Positions 38,445-48,060 of a stretch of 64,000 nt of DNA are shown piece by piece. Source of the stretch: an uncultured Candidatus Saccharibacteria bacterium (GTDB lineage Bacteria; Patescibacteriota; Dojkabacteria; SC72; JAFGCJ01); contig CAYZTC010000001.1 in NCBI GenBank assembly GCA_964481345.1, forward strand, positions 142,188 through 206,187. Direction: 5' to 3'. The first letter of the stretch is position 1. Every line of letters begins with the position of its first letter. Position numbers and translations under genes: made by a program. Below the pieces are notes generated by a model. It saw only the letters and a program-made list of their open reading frames with translations, did not search any database and was not told the origin of the DNA.

Positions 38445-38496
38445 GCAAAAAAGGGGGTCATAACAGATGTTCATGTCATGAACACCCCTTTTTTCT
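38445..38496. terminator. Cassette terminator T_C (aaaaagggggt...acccctttttt hairpin enclosing palindrome gttcatgtcatgaac)
   Basis: Strong GC stem with flanking A6 and T6 runs; 5 bp from ORF C stop. Confidence 0.6.
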
Positions 38497-38500
38497 TTTG

Positions 38501-38983
38501 CTACTTATTTTTCAGTACAATAACATTGTACCGTGGAATGATATTCAAAATACCCGTCTCTTCTTGGTAAGTTGTTTGGACATAGATATATCTAACAACC
38601 TTACGGAAGTGAAATTGGGGTAAATTTTGGATTGGCTCCCCGTGTACAATAATTCTTTTCCGAATAATTGGGAATTTCTTAAGGAGACCACTCAAAATAT
38701 TGCTCACTGCTCGTTGTTCTTTTTGAGCTGGTATCTTCAGTATATCCCATTCCTCCTTCGGATTTGTACTTTCTCTAACGGAATATATATTTTCCGTAGT
38801 GAAGATGCCAGTATCTGCATTGTATTCATCAACAAGGGTTCTATTGAACCATTCCTGATTCATGATACCAACCGTTATTGATTCTCCTTTTTGTAAAAAA
38901 ACTAGAGCACCTCTTCGTATCTTCAGAATCCTCCTTAATTCGGAGAACTCTTTTAACAATCCGGAAAGCTTTTGTTTATTCAT
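38501..38983 (-). CDS. Cassette ORF C, hypothetical protein (160 aa)
   Basis: ATG with SD GGGAGG 5 nt upstream; sits between L_C and T_C. Confidence 0.5.
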   Translation of the reverse strand: MNKQKLSGLLKEFSELRRILKIRRGALVFLQKGESITVGIMNQEWFNRTLVDEYNADTGIFTTENIYSVRESTNPKEEWDILKIPAQKEQRAVSNILSGLLKKFPIIRKRIIVHGEPIQNLPQFHFRKVVRYIYVQTTYQEETGILNIIPRYNVIVLKNK

Positions 38984-39191
38984 GGAAACCTCCCGTCTCC
39001 CTTTCTAAGTGTTATCCTTTGATTTTCCACATCACGTGGAAGGAGTAACACTACCTTTATATGTTCCTAGGAACACATGAAGGTAATGTCACACATCAAG
39101 GATATTTGTATAAGAGCAAAAGAGAATATTGATGGAATTGGGACAGCCATCAATCTGGGTGGATTATACTATGGGGTGATAGAAATGTCAA
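38984..39191 (-). promoter_or_regulatory. Cassette leader L_C: consensus sigma70 promoter TTGACA-N17-TATAAT (-35 39186-39191, -10 39163-39168) and ~170-nt conserved structured leader, 36 bp downstream of tmRNA 3' end
   Basis: Perfect consensus hexamers with 17-bp spacer; leader begins with perfect palindrome ATTGATGG-N11-CCATCAAT. Confidence 0.65.
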
Positions 39192-39227
39192 TGTAGTGAA
39201 GTCGGGATTATGCTGTTATATAAGCAC

Positions 39228-39638
39228 TGGTGGAGACGGTGGGAATTGAACCCACGTCCAAAAGAATCGTCAAATGCAATGATACAAGCTTAGTCAGTTT
39301 GACTAATCAAGGATTTAAAAACTGACAAAATAATCCCTGAAGAGGTGATTTTAAAAATTCTCAGGTTGGGCTCACCTGGTTACCCTTCCTGTATATCCCG
39401 AAAATGAACGAGCTTTAGATACCTCATCGGGAAGAAGTGACCCAAGCTCACAGTGGAATTACCCTACTGACATGTTCATGTTGAGACCAGCAAAAGCTGA
39501 GTTAACACCTGCTGCAAATTTCTTTGCTGCTAGTTGAACACGGTTTTTAAGTGAATCTGCACTTATTTTTTGTTTTTAAGAGCGATTACTCTGCTTGGTG
39601 CATAGGACTTTAGCTTTTGTCGAAGCCTTGTCGTCCCC
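39228..39638 (-). ncRNA. ssrA: tmRNA (ssrA), one-piece, ~411 nt
   Basis: 5' GGGGACGACAAGGCTTCGAC... pairs with 3' ...GGGTTCAATTCCCACCGTCTCCACCA (tRNA-Ala-like acceptor with G3:U70, T-arm, encoded CCA); TATAAT boxes just upstream at 39651-39666. Confidence 0.8.
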
Positions 39639-39731
39639 AAGTAAAAAAGCATTATACCACATTATAGGATATAGAAATTTTGTGTTATTCTGTCGACAAT
39701 GAAATTGAAAAATGCTAACCTAGTGGGAGCT

Positions 39732-40298
39732 ATGGCCCAAAAGAAACTGCCCAAGAATATAAATCTGCTTCAACCATCATTTTCTCCCCAAACAACATGG
39801 GACAAAATATATGACTGGGTATTCCTCGCTGGAAGATATGTGATAGTTATTGTTGAGTTGGTAGTATTGATTGCGCTTGGTTCTAGGTTTTATTATGACA
39901 GAAAAAACAATGATCTCTCAGAATCAATCAGAGCCAAAACTCTCATGCTGGACAGCATGCAGGAAACTGAAGGAGAAATTAGAGGAGCTCAAGAAACCCT
40001 AGCAAATATCGCAGTGATGCTTGCGACACAGGAAAAAGAGTCGATCGTTCTTAGTGATATTGAGGCAAACATCCCATCTTCTATTGTAATTCAAGGACTG
40101 TCCTTGAACGAAGATAGCTTAAGCATTACTGGTATGGCTTATGGATATACATACATAGAGAAACTGGAAAGCAATTTCGAGTCGGATGCTAACTGGGCGG
40201 AGGTTGAGGTTACCCTAGTATCATCTGGATCTGAGAGACAAGTGGATTTTACAATGACCGCTAATTATATTGGGGGAGGTGAAAATGCCACAGACTAA
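39732..40298 (+). CDS. pilN: Type IV pilus assembly protein PilN-like (start at MAQKK with SD GGGAG; ORF track 39699)
   Basis: N-terminal NINLLQP motif followed by single TM, ~190 aa. Confidence 0.55.
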   Translation: MAQKKLPKNINLLQPSFSPQTTWDKIYDWVFLAGRYVIVIVELVVLIALGSRFYYDRKNNDLSESIRAKTLMLDSMQETEGEIRGAQETLANIAVMLATQEKESIVLSDIEANIPSSIVIQGLSLNEDSLSITGMAYGYTYIEKLESNFESDANWAEVEVTLVSSGSERQVDFTMTANYIGGGENATD

Positions 40299-40878
40299 AG
40301 GAAGTCCAACAATCAGAAGGGCGATGGAGTCAGTTACGTCAAAGACCTATACGTTTATAGGTGTCACTCTAATTACTGTTTTGGTGTTTCTCTTGGGTGC
40401 AATTAAACCTACGTTTTCTGCAATCTCTAGAATTCAAAATGAGGTTCAAGAAAAGGAGAGGGTTGATGCTCAATTACAAAGTAAAATCAATGTGCTAACT
40501 ACTCTTCAAAACTCAGTGAGTGAATATGAGGAGGACTTGGAAATTCTCAATACTTATTTTCCATCGAACTCTGACTACAGTGTGCTCATGGCTGGCTTGG
40601 AAAGAATAACCGCTTCTTATGGATTTCAAATGGCTAGTTTAAGCATTAAAGTAGATGAAATTGAAGATGAGTCTACTCAGATATATCCGGAAATGCAACT
40701 TGTGGAAATCAAGATTGTGACTTCTGGACCAAAATCTCAGGTAACGGAGATAGTGGAGCATCTTGAGAATATTCCAGTAATTCCTGATATTGTAAAGCTA
40801 AGCTATGTGTTGGATGAGTCTTACAGAACAGGGTTTGTAAGCCTCTCGGTTATCATGAATATATATAAAATGGAGTAA
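40285..40878 (+). CDS. pilO: Type IV pilus assembly protein PilO-like (start MPQTKG with SD GGAGGTG)
   Basis: Single TM followed by coiled coil; gene order after PilN; overlaps pilN stop. Confidence 0.5.
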   Translation: MPQTKGSPTIRRAMESVTSKTYTFIGVTLITVLVFLLGAIKPTFSAISRIQNEVQEKERVDAQLQSKINVLTTLQNSVSEYEEDLEILNTYFPSNSDYSVLMAGLERITASYGFQMASLSIKVDEIEDESTQIYPEMQLVEIKIVTSGPKSQVTEIVEHLENIPVIPDIVKLSYVLDESYRTGFVSLSVIMNIYKME

Positions 40879-40885
40879 GAAAAAA

Positions 40886-41104
40886 ATGACTAAAAGATTA
40901 CTAGGAATAATAATTTTTTCAGTATTGACTGTTGTTATATGGATTGGATTTGAGGTATGGATGAGGCTTGGTTCTCAGGAAATACAGTTGAACTATGAAA
41001 ACTATCTTCAGACTGTAGATTCAGAGTTTGATTCAGAAACGATAGATGAACTTGTGACAAGGGAGGAAGAGTATATGCTTATAGATCGTGACGACTTGGA
41101 CTAG
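40886..41104 (+). CDS. Small membrane-anchored hypothetical protein
   Basis: 72 aa ORF with N-terminal TM, follows pilO. Confidence 0.35.
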   Translation: MTKRLLGIIIFSVLTVVIWIGFEVWMRLGSQEIQLNYENYLQTVDSEFDSETIDELVTREEEYMLIDRDDLD

Positions 41105-42243
41105 TCAATATAATCCTTGAGCTGTTTTTCAGAGGAAAATGTCTTTAGCTTTTTCAGTGCCTTTGCTTCAATCTGTCGGATTCTTTCTCTTGTTACGCCA
41201 AACTCTCTTCCCACTTCTTCAAGGGTTCTCGTGACTCCATCCTGAAGACCAAACCTTAACTCAAGTACCCTTCTTTCCCGGTCCTGGAGAGAGTTTAAGA
41301 TATCTCTCATTTGGCTTTGAAGAAATGCGTTTGTGGCAAGATCTTCTGGCGAAAGAGTTTTTTCGTCAGGGATTATGTCTTGAAGTTGGCTATCCTGCTC
41401 TTTTCCGATGGGAGTAGAAAGAGACTTAGGATGCTGTTGAATTTTGAGAATATTATTTACCTTATCCACCTCTAGTTCCATCACCTTTCCTATCTCTTCT
41501 GGGGTGGGTTTTCTTCCGAGTTCTGCTGAAAGCTGAGCTGAGACCTTACTCAGTTTATTGATTGTTTCATGCATATGTACTGGTATTCTGATGGTTCTTG
41601 CCTGGTCAGCAATAGATCTTGTAATTGCCTGTCTTATCCACCAGGTAGCGTATGTTGAAAACTTAAATCCCCTTTTATAATCAAACTTTTCAACAGCCCT
41701 CATTAGTCCAATATTACCCTCCTGGATGAGATCTAGAAGATGTAATCCCCTGTTTGCATACTTCTTTGCTATGCTAACAACAAGTCTCAGGTTTGCAGTC
41801 ACGAGAAGCTGCTTTGCCTCCTCCTCCTTCTTTTCGACTCTTTTTGCCAGAGTAACCTCTTCCTCTTTAGTGAGAAGTGGGGTCTTTCCGATCTCTTGAA
41901 GATATGATCTAATAGCGTCATTTGAGATATTTGACTGGATAGATTTAAGTATCTTTATCTTCTTCTCCAATGTCATCTCTTCCTCTTCTTCCTCAAGCTT
42001 CTCCTCTGGCACATCAAGTACTTCGATACCGTTGTATTGGAGGGTGATAAATATTTCATCTAGTGCATCTAGATGGTTTTCTATGTGTGGAATTTCTTTT
42101 AGTATGTCCTCCTGTGTTAAAAAACCCTGCTCTTTTCCCTGCTTTACTAACAGTTTCATAACCTTTTCAATTTTTGCTTTTCTTGAGCTCTTGGGTTTAG
42201 TTTTTGTTTTTTTAGTTCTTTTAGTTTTTTTCTTACCAGCCAT
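41101..42243 (-). CDS. rpoD: RNA polymerase sigma factor RpoD (sigma-70) with basic N-terminal tail
   Basis: 380 aa; regions 1.2, 2 ([12 protein letters not shown]), 3 and 4 ([12 protein letters not shown]...[13 protein letters not shown]) all present. Confidence 0.9.
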   Translation of the reverse strand: MAGKKKTKRTKKTKTKPKSSRKAKIEKVMKLLVKQGKEQGFLTQEDILKEIPHIENHLDALDEIFITLQYNGIEVLDVPEEKLEEEEEEMTLEKKIKILKSIQSNISNDAIRSYLQEIGKTPLLTKEEEVTLAKRVEKKEEEAKQLLVTANLRLVVSIAKKYANRGLHLLDLIQEGNIGLMRAVEKFDYKRGFKFSTYATWWIRQAITRSIADQARTIRIPVHMHETINKLSKVSAQLSAELGRKPTPEEIGKVMELEVDKVNNILKIQQHPKSLSTPIGKEQDSQLQDIIPDEKTLSPEDLATNAFLQSQMRDILNSLQDRERRVLELRFGLQDGVTRTLEEVGREFGVTRERIRQIEAKALKKLKTFSSEKQLKDYID

Positions 42244-42274
42244 TGTTTAGTGCTATGTTATAATACTATATCTT

Positions 42275-42631
42275 ATGGCAAATTTTAAAAAGATTCGTAA
42301 TTCCAATGATGAGCAGAAGCAGATTTTTCTTGAGAATGTTGCTCGATACTGTGATAAATGTGGTAAACCATATGATATTAATGATGTTGAAATACTTCAA
42401 CAAAATAACTACTCGGTCATTATACACTTCTCGTGCAAAAATTGTAAAGCAAGGCATCTTGCTACGTTTATTAAGCCTCTAGGAGTGTCGAGTAGGATGC
42501 CTGTAAATACAGATCTGTCAATCGATGAGATTGCAGGGTTTGCCTCTAAAAGGGCTATTTCTACGAACGAGGTGCTCGATGTGCACGACGCTCTGAAAAG
42601 CAAGGATGTCAAAATCTCTGATATTGCCTAG
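42275..42631 (+). CDS. Hypothetical Cys-rich (zinc-ribbon-like) protein
   Basis: 118 aa; CDKCG...CKNCK; TTATAAT -10 element in the 32-bp divergent region with rpoD. Confidence 0.45.
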   Translation: MANFKKIRNSNDEQKQIFLENVARYCDKCGKPYDINDVEILQQNNYSVIIHFSCKNCKARHLATFIKPLGVSSRMPVNTDLSIDEIAGFASKRAISTNEVLDVHDALKSKDVKISDIA

Positions 42632-42699
42632 TTTGATAAACAATGGAACAACCATGGAGATAGAGTTTGTTTATTCCTTGATTTATTATTTGAATTTGA

Positions 42700-43044
42700 A
42701 TGAAAAAAATTGATAAGAATAATCAAAATATTGTAAATAGTGAAACCTGTGGTGAGCTATTGGAAGTATTGAATTTGAAGGGTGTACCAGTAAGTGTAAC
42801 TCAAGCTGTAAACCTCAGACCTACAAAACCTCATTATCATAAAGTTGGTACAGAAATATTTTGGGTAAGAAAAGGTGAGATTACAGTGAAGGTAGATGAA
42901 AGTGAACCAGTAAAAATTTGCTCAGGTGAAGTCCTCGTAATTTCTCCTAACGAGGTTCATGAAGTTGTTGAGACATCGGATGATAATGAGGTTATTGTGA
43001 TTAATAATCCCCGTTGGGAAAAGGGGGATGAATATCAAAGTTGA
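42700..43044 (+). CDS. Cupin-2 domain protein
   Basis: 114 aa; HYHKVGTEIFWV...EVHEV metal-binding cupin motifs. Confidence 0.65.
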   Translation: MKKIDKNNQNIVNSETCGELLEVLNLKGVPVSVTQAVNLRPTKPHYHKVGTEIFWVRKGEITVKVDESEPVKICSGEVLVISPNEVHEVVETSDDNEVIVINNPRWEKGDEYQS

Positions 43045-43066
43045 TTGGTACAACATTTGAATAGTT

Positions 43067-43456
43067 GAGGTTTTGAACGAAATGGAAGAGATTCTATCGT
43101 CCCCTTGTCAGGGTCCTCCAGAAATACTCATTTTTCATAGTTTGAACTGAATTCATAGAGTATCTCTGGACTCCCGCGAAGCGGGGGGATAGAGTCTTGA
43201 ACCATTGGGAAATTGAGGTTGAACCTGAAGATTATCGTGTAACAGCAGCAAAGATCAATAGTTTCAAATTGTTTTATTTTTAAATCGATAAGTGATGTCG
43301 TTAGACTAGTGTTTTCTTGAGGTTGAACCTCAAGACTCTTTTGATTAACATTTATCTAGTAACATTAACTGCATCCAAATTTACTATAAGGTGTATGTTA
43401 AGAGTAAAAAGTAAAGGTTTAGTTATTGCGAGGATACATTTTGCAGGTTCGACCTG
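43067..43456. repeat. Series of short palindromes GAGGTT-G-AACCTC and variants in a 426-bp convergent intergenic region, plus GC mini-hairpin cccgcGAAgcggg at 43173-43186
   Basis: gaggttttgaacg 43067; gaggttgaacctgaag 43215; gaggttgaacctcaag 43319; caggttcgacctg 43444. Confidence 0.5.
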
Positions 43457-43471
43457 ATTTTCTCAGATCGT

Positions 43472-45037
43472 TCAAAACTCAGAAATTCCTACTAGATACT
43501 CCAGCACAGATGTTTTGTCACTTCCTGTGAGGAATCTTGGCTGGCAGTAGTCATGCATCCTTGTTGGTAAGACATCTACGTTTGCTATTGTTCCATTGAA
43601 TAAGTGAATCTTCAGAACTATGCTGAGTCTTGTCTCTGCTGACCACATTTGGTCAAAAAGAAAATTGCCAAGGCCATAAAATACCGGTTTGTCATTGTAA
43701 AAAGTAATCCCTTGAACCTCGTGAGAGGACACTCCAGTCACAATATCTACACTATTGTCTATGGCTTCTTGGGTAAGGGCGATCTGCTCCTCTGAGGGAG
43801 ATATGCCGTATTCTGGCCAAAGATGCGTATCCAACCAAATGATATCTACAGTGTCTACGATTTCGTTTAAGGTCTGAAGAAAAATCTCTTGGTCGTAGTA
43901 TGCTGTACCTGCAAGGACGTCTGTTGCAATTATTCCGTCTGGCCCCATTCTGTTATATCCCAGAAATGCTATTGTGCCAGCAGTAGTCTCAATAATCAGA
44001 GGCTCCCATGCTTTATTGGAGTTTTCTCCTGACGCAAAGTATAGAATGTCGTTTTCCAGATATGTTTGCATTGTATTGGAAAAATAGTCCCTACCATAAT
44101 CGTTCATATGGTTTCCGGTTAAGCTGACGATATCGATTCCCATATCTAAAAGATTTTGAATGTATGTTGGCTTTCCGCAAAATGCAGTTGTGCCAGCTGG
44201 TTGTGAACATCCTTCTACAAATGATGACTCGTTGCTGATCATTGAAATATCAGCATTTTCCATGGTTTCTTTCACCTCATCGATTGGGTATGACAGGATT
44301 CCCTTTGAGTTTTCGCATAACTGCCATCCTGGGCCGCCCGCTACTGTTGTGCCAGTCTTTATTATCTCAACAAAATCGTTGGGTTCTGGATAGTTTAAAG
44401 TGTAGCCACTAGATGTCAGTTCTAGATTATTCTCAAGCTGATCAAAAAGATCACTCACTCTTTCGTTTCCCCATACTTCAATTTCAAGGGTAAGTGGATA
44501 ATTTTTATTTTCCCACCATGAGTCTTCGAAGGTACTTTTGTTTGCAATATCTATTGCAATTCTGGTTGAGTCGATATCATTTAATGTCTCAAGTTTCAAA
44601 CCACTATTGCTTTCCGTATTTATGGAAAAATATGTTTGGTCTATAAGGCCAAAGGTATCTTCATCTATATTTTCAGATATTTGAGATATTGTATCTCCTG
44701 GACTAATTGCAAGTTGACTCCAGTCTTTTGTGACAACCCAGAATTGATATATTGATCTATATTCTTCATCTGAAGAGTCAATACCGATATAAACATCCGC
44801 ACTTTCATCTACAATTTTCCAGTCATTCTCTGATGCAATTTCTTGAATTATTTCCCTTAAGTTTTCAGGAATGTTACTGAATGTGTGTATACTCACGGTA
44901 GAATTATTATCTTGTGTGGGTTCCGGTGGGGATGTTTCGTTTTTGTAAAATATTGAGTATAAATAAAACCCTACAACCCCTATTATTGCAGTAAAAATGA
45001 GGATTATCAGGAACTTTTTTAATCTAGTACATCCCAT
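43472..45037 (-). CDS. CapA/PGA_cap-family metallophosphoesterase (poly-gamma-glutamate/capsule biosynthesis-like), N-terminal TM anchor
   Basis: Motifs SLTGNHMNDYG, DIIWLDTHLWPEYG, GLGNF typical of PGA_cap; start set at MGCTRLKK (SD GGAG) rather than 45130. Confidence 0.65.
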   Translation of the reverse strand: MGCTRLKKFLIILIFTAIIGVVGFYLYSIFYKNETSPPEPTQDNNSTVSIHTFSNIPENLREIIQEIASENDWKIVDESADVYIGIDSSDEEYRSIYQFWVVTKDWSQLAISPGDTISQISENIDEDTFGLIDQTYFSINTESNSGLKLETLNDIDSTRIAIDIANKSTFEDSWWENKNYPLTLEIEVWGNERVSDLFDQLENNLELTSSGYTLNYPEPNDFVEIIKTGTTVAGGPGWQLCENSKGILSYPIDEVKETMENADISMISNESSFVEGCSQPAGTTAFCGKPTYIQNLLDMGIDIVSLTGNHMNDYGRDYFSNTMQTYLENDILYFASGENSNKAWEPLIIETTAGTIAFLGYNRMGPDGIIATDVLAGTAYYDQEIFLQTLNEIVDTVDIIWLDTHLWPEYGISPSEEQIALTQEAIDNSVDIVTGVSSHEVQGITFYNDKPVFYGLGNFLFDQMWSAETRLSIVLKIHLFNGTIANVDVLPTRMHDYCQPRFLTGSDKTSVLEYLVGISEF

Positions 45038-48000
45038 TGTATTTCGAACTCCTTGTCTGTATCTAGCTCTGTCCTGATCATCAATGAGTTTATTTCTCTT
45101 TGGATATTGGTTGAGTCTATAGGTGTCCATGAACTTGGATGGTTTATTTCTATTGTTACAGGATCATCAATAAGTCCTGGTTGTTTTATTAAGTTAAGAG
45201 TATAGCTTATTCTTCCATCACTTGTTGCTAGTGGGAAGTTTTCAACCAGAAATCTATTGAGTGTATAACTAACCTTAAGTGTCTCGTTTTCCTCAATAGG
45301 TACAGTAATGAATCCAGCAACCACCTCCTTTTGTACAGAGCTGTCCGTATATTTTCTTGAGTTTTCCATACCTGTTACGTTTGAAATACTTGCTCCCAAT
45401 GGAAGATATATTCTTATGTAGTTTTCATATGGTCCTTCTGGGTATTCATCTTGAGTACTGTTATTTAGGTAGCTAATCTCGATCTCTTGGTTTATTGTAG
45501 TCTCATCGATGATATTTACATTTACTTTTGTAGATCTATCTATGAAATAGTTGGCTTTATTTCCACCCCAATTCCATTCTACTGGAAACAAAGTATTTGT
45601 CTTGTTTCCTACTCGTCCGCTTAACCCGAGACGATTAATATTTTCGTCGATTTCTGTGTTGTAGAAGTATATAAGTACATGTTTTTTCTCTAACCCATCA
45701 GATATTACTTGAGATATTTCGGACCATTTATCTTTTGAAGTTTGGAAGATATTTTGCATAATCTCATTAGCCAGATTTGAAAGAAAGACCTCTTTCCTAT
45801 TACTTCCCGGAGTAAACTGTCTATGAATTTCAATAACTTTGTAGTACAGATTATCTTTTGTTACTGGTTCTGTCTCTCCCGGTACTATAACTTGGCCCCA
45901 TATATCAATTAAATTTCTAACAAATTCTAAGTCGATGGCGATTACTCCGTCCACAGAGTAGACCTGGTCAGTCAAAGTAAGAAAGTACTCCGCCGCCTCT
46001 GCGGCTTGTGGAAAGTCTGGATTCCAGTTTGATAAAGATAATGTCCATTCGTCGATATTGAGCTGTGACTTCATGTCAGAGGGTGGCTCTACAGTTTCAC
46101 TTATTTGGCCGTCTACGTTATATACATCTTCAACCTCAAGAACTCTGATCTGTCCCTGCTCTATCCCTACTATTGCAAAGCTTGTTAGCCAGCCGCCAGT
46201 ACTTCTTATCTCCATCGGGTTTTGGAAAAGAACGATGTAGTTTTTTCTTTCATCCTTACCCAGAATATCAGGTATAAACCTCACAAAATCATTTAAAGTA
46301 CTAAGAATATTCTCTGCATCCTTAGTGGAATGCTGAAGCTGTCCTATATATTCACCTATTATGCTTGGGTATACATCCTTATCGATAGCATTTAAAGAGT
46401 TTGTAGCCTGTGCAATTTCAATAGTAGCCCTATCAATATAGGGAGTACTCTTTTCGATACGCTTAAGTTCATTTAGATACGTTCTAGAGCCTCCAGTGCC
46501 ACCTCCGTCAAAAGATGTTATAGGTTCAAATACTTTGAAATACTCAACGTATGGATGGACTCCTTGTGATAGGTAGTATGCACCTTCGGATAGGTGGTTG
46601 ATTCCGTTTAATAGTAAGGAAGTATTGTCATAAAAGTTTGCTACCGGAGGAATATAGCTTATCCATTTCAAGCCATGCCATCCTTGTCTAAGTACATCTG
46701 AAAAGAATTTTGCCTTTTCAAAACTGTTTTGTGCTGTTTCGGTTTCAAGTTCGTATGACTGGCGATATCCTCTTTTTCCATAGTAATAAGTTAGTCCTCC
46801 TCCAATAATTAGCTGAGTGAGTGGTGCAAAGACGAATAAGTATAATGTGACAAAAAGTCCTATCTTGAATGATGTTTTGGCTATTCCGGCTGGGGTTATT
46901 TTTATTTTTTTTATTTTTTTGACTGATCTTTCGAAAAACTCGAATAAGTATATAAATGGTAGGGCAAAAGATTGGAAAAATTTTCCTACTGGTGTTACCT
47001 GCTCTGATATATGAATTTTAATGTCATCTCTTTTCTTTCTCTTTTCCGGTTCGATTTTTTCTGGAATGAAATCCTGTTCTGGTTTATCTTTCCACGCTAT
47101 CTTGTACTGTTCATGGACATGCTCAAGGGTTTCGAGTATTGCTTTATCAAATCTTACTTTTGGTTTCCATCCAATTTTGCTGAGGTTTTTGGCTGGAACG
47201 TATATCTGTTGTGGAGTTTCATCTTCCGCTTCTGTAAAAGCAATCTCTTGTGCTTTAGGGTTTAGTTCTAGTACTTTGTATGCAAGACTTAGGGTCGATA
47301 TTTCTTCAGGATATGAAAGTGAAAAAACTTCTCCATTTGTTTTATTACTGAAGACGGTTTTAATAAGGCCATAAACAACGTCCAGTATGTGAATGTAGTA
47401 AGCAGAATCCAACCCTTCTCCCTTTATTGTTATTCTTGGTTTTGTTACAGACTCTTTTATGAGATCTGTAAAAACAGTGTTTTTTTCAAGTGAAATTCCT
47501 TTTCCTATGATTTCCCCTACTCTTGCAATTCTAATATCTAGGGATGTTTGGTCATGGTACTCAGCTGAGAGTGTTTCGCAGTACCTTTGAAGTTCAACAA
47601 GAGCATAAGCCTTACTTCTTGAGGTGTCAGAAAGGTTTTCGATTCTTAGTGACTCTAGATTTGCAAGCTTTCTGTGAAGTCTGATTGTAGAAGTAAGTAG
47701 TACCTTCGAGCCGTGCTTGTGTGCCAACTTTAGGATTGCATCTACCGAGTTTGTTATCGATAAGAACTGTTTACTTGAAATCTCTGGATGAAGATCAACA
47801 TACTGATTTAAAAGGACGAATACATAGTCGACTCTCTTTATTTTATCTGTAAGAGACTCCATTCCTGAAAAGTCATACCCCTTAACATTGTGGTCTTTTT
47901 TAATTTGTTTTATTTGAGCTTTTGTTTCTCTATTAAACTCGTCAATAAGTATGATGTTGCTTTTTTGAGTAGAAAGGAGTTCGACGAGTTTTGCACCGAG

Positions 48001-48060
48001 AGGATTTCCCCCAAATACAATTAAAGTTGTTGGTTTGTTTGACTGCATTGTATTTGTCAT
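45019..48060 (-). CDS. Large multidomain envelope protein: N-terminal NAD-dependent epimerase/dehydratase-like Rossmann domain, central TM segments, C-terminal ~570-aa extracytoplasmic domain (DUF4012-like)
   Basis: 1013 aa; LIVFGGNPLGAKLVELL Rossmann motif; hydrophobic helices ~aa 360-440. Confidence 0.55.
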   Translation of the reverse strand: MTNTMQSNKPTTLIVFGGNPLGAKLVELLSTQKSNIILIDEFNRETKAQIKQIKKDHNVKGYDFSGMESLTDKIKRVDYVFVLLNQYVDLHPEISSKQFLSITNSVDAILKLAHKHGSKVLLTSTIRLHRKLANLESLRIENLSDTSRSKAYALVELQRYCETLSAEYHDQTSLDIRIARVGEIIGKGISLEKNTVFTDLIKESVTKPRITIKGEGLDSAYYIHILDVVYGLIKTVFSNKTNGEVFSLSYPEEISTLSLAYKVLELNPKAQEIAFTEAEDETPQQIYVPAKNLSKIGWKPKVRFDKAILETLEHVHEQYKIAWKDKPEQDFIPEKIEPEKRKKRDDIKIHISEQVTPVGKFFQSFALPFIYLFEFFERSVKKIKKIKITPAGIAKTSFKIGLFVTLYLFVFAPLTQLIIGGGLTYYYGKRGYRQSYELETETAQNSFEKAKFFSDVLRQGWHGLKWISYIPPVANFYDNTSLLLNGINHLSEGAYYLSQGVHPYVEYFKVFEPITSFDGGGTGGSRTYLNELKRIEKSTPYIDRATIEIAQATNSLNAIDKDVYPSIIGEYIGQLQHSTKDAENILSTLNDFVRFIPDILGKDERKNYIVLFQNPMEIRSTGGWLTSFAIVGIEQGQIRVLEVEDVYNVDGQISETVEPPSDMKSQLNIDEWTLSLSNWNPDFPQAAEAAEYFLTLTDQVYSVDGVIAIDLEFVRNLIDIWGQVIVPGETEPVTKDNLYYKVIEIHRQFTPGSNRKEVFLSNLANEIMQNIFQTSKDKWSEISQVISDGLEKKHVLIYFYNTEIDENINRLGLSGRVGNKTNTLFPVEWNWGGNKANYFIDRSTKVNVNIIDETTINQEIEISYLNNSTQDEYPEGPYENYIRIYLPLGASISNVTGMENSRKYTDSSVQKEVVAGFITVPIEENETLKVSYTLNRFLVENFPLATSDGRISYTLNLIKQPGLIDDPVTIEINHPSSWTPIDSTNIQREINSLMIRTELDTDKEFEIQWDVLD

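Noticed and set aside
43067-43456. Possible CRISPR array
   Set aside because: Only 3-4 short repeats, unequal spacing (107-144 bp), repeats are themselves palindromic variants, and no cas genes are present.
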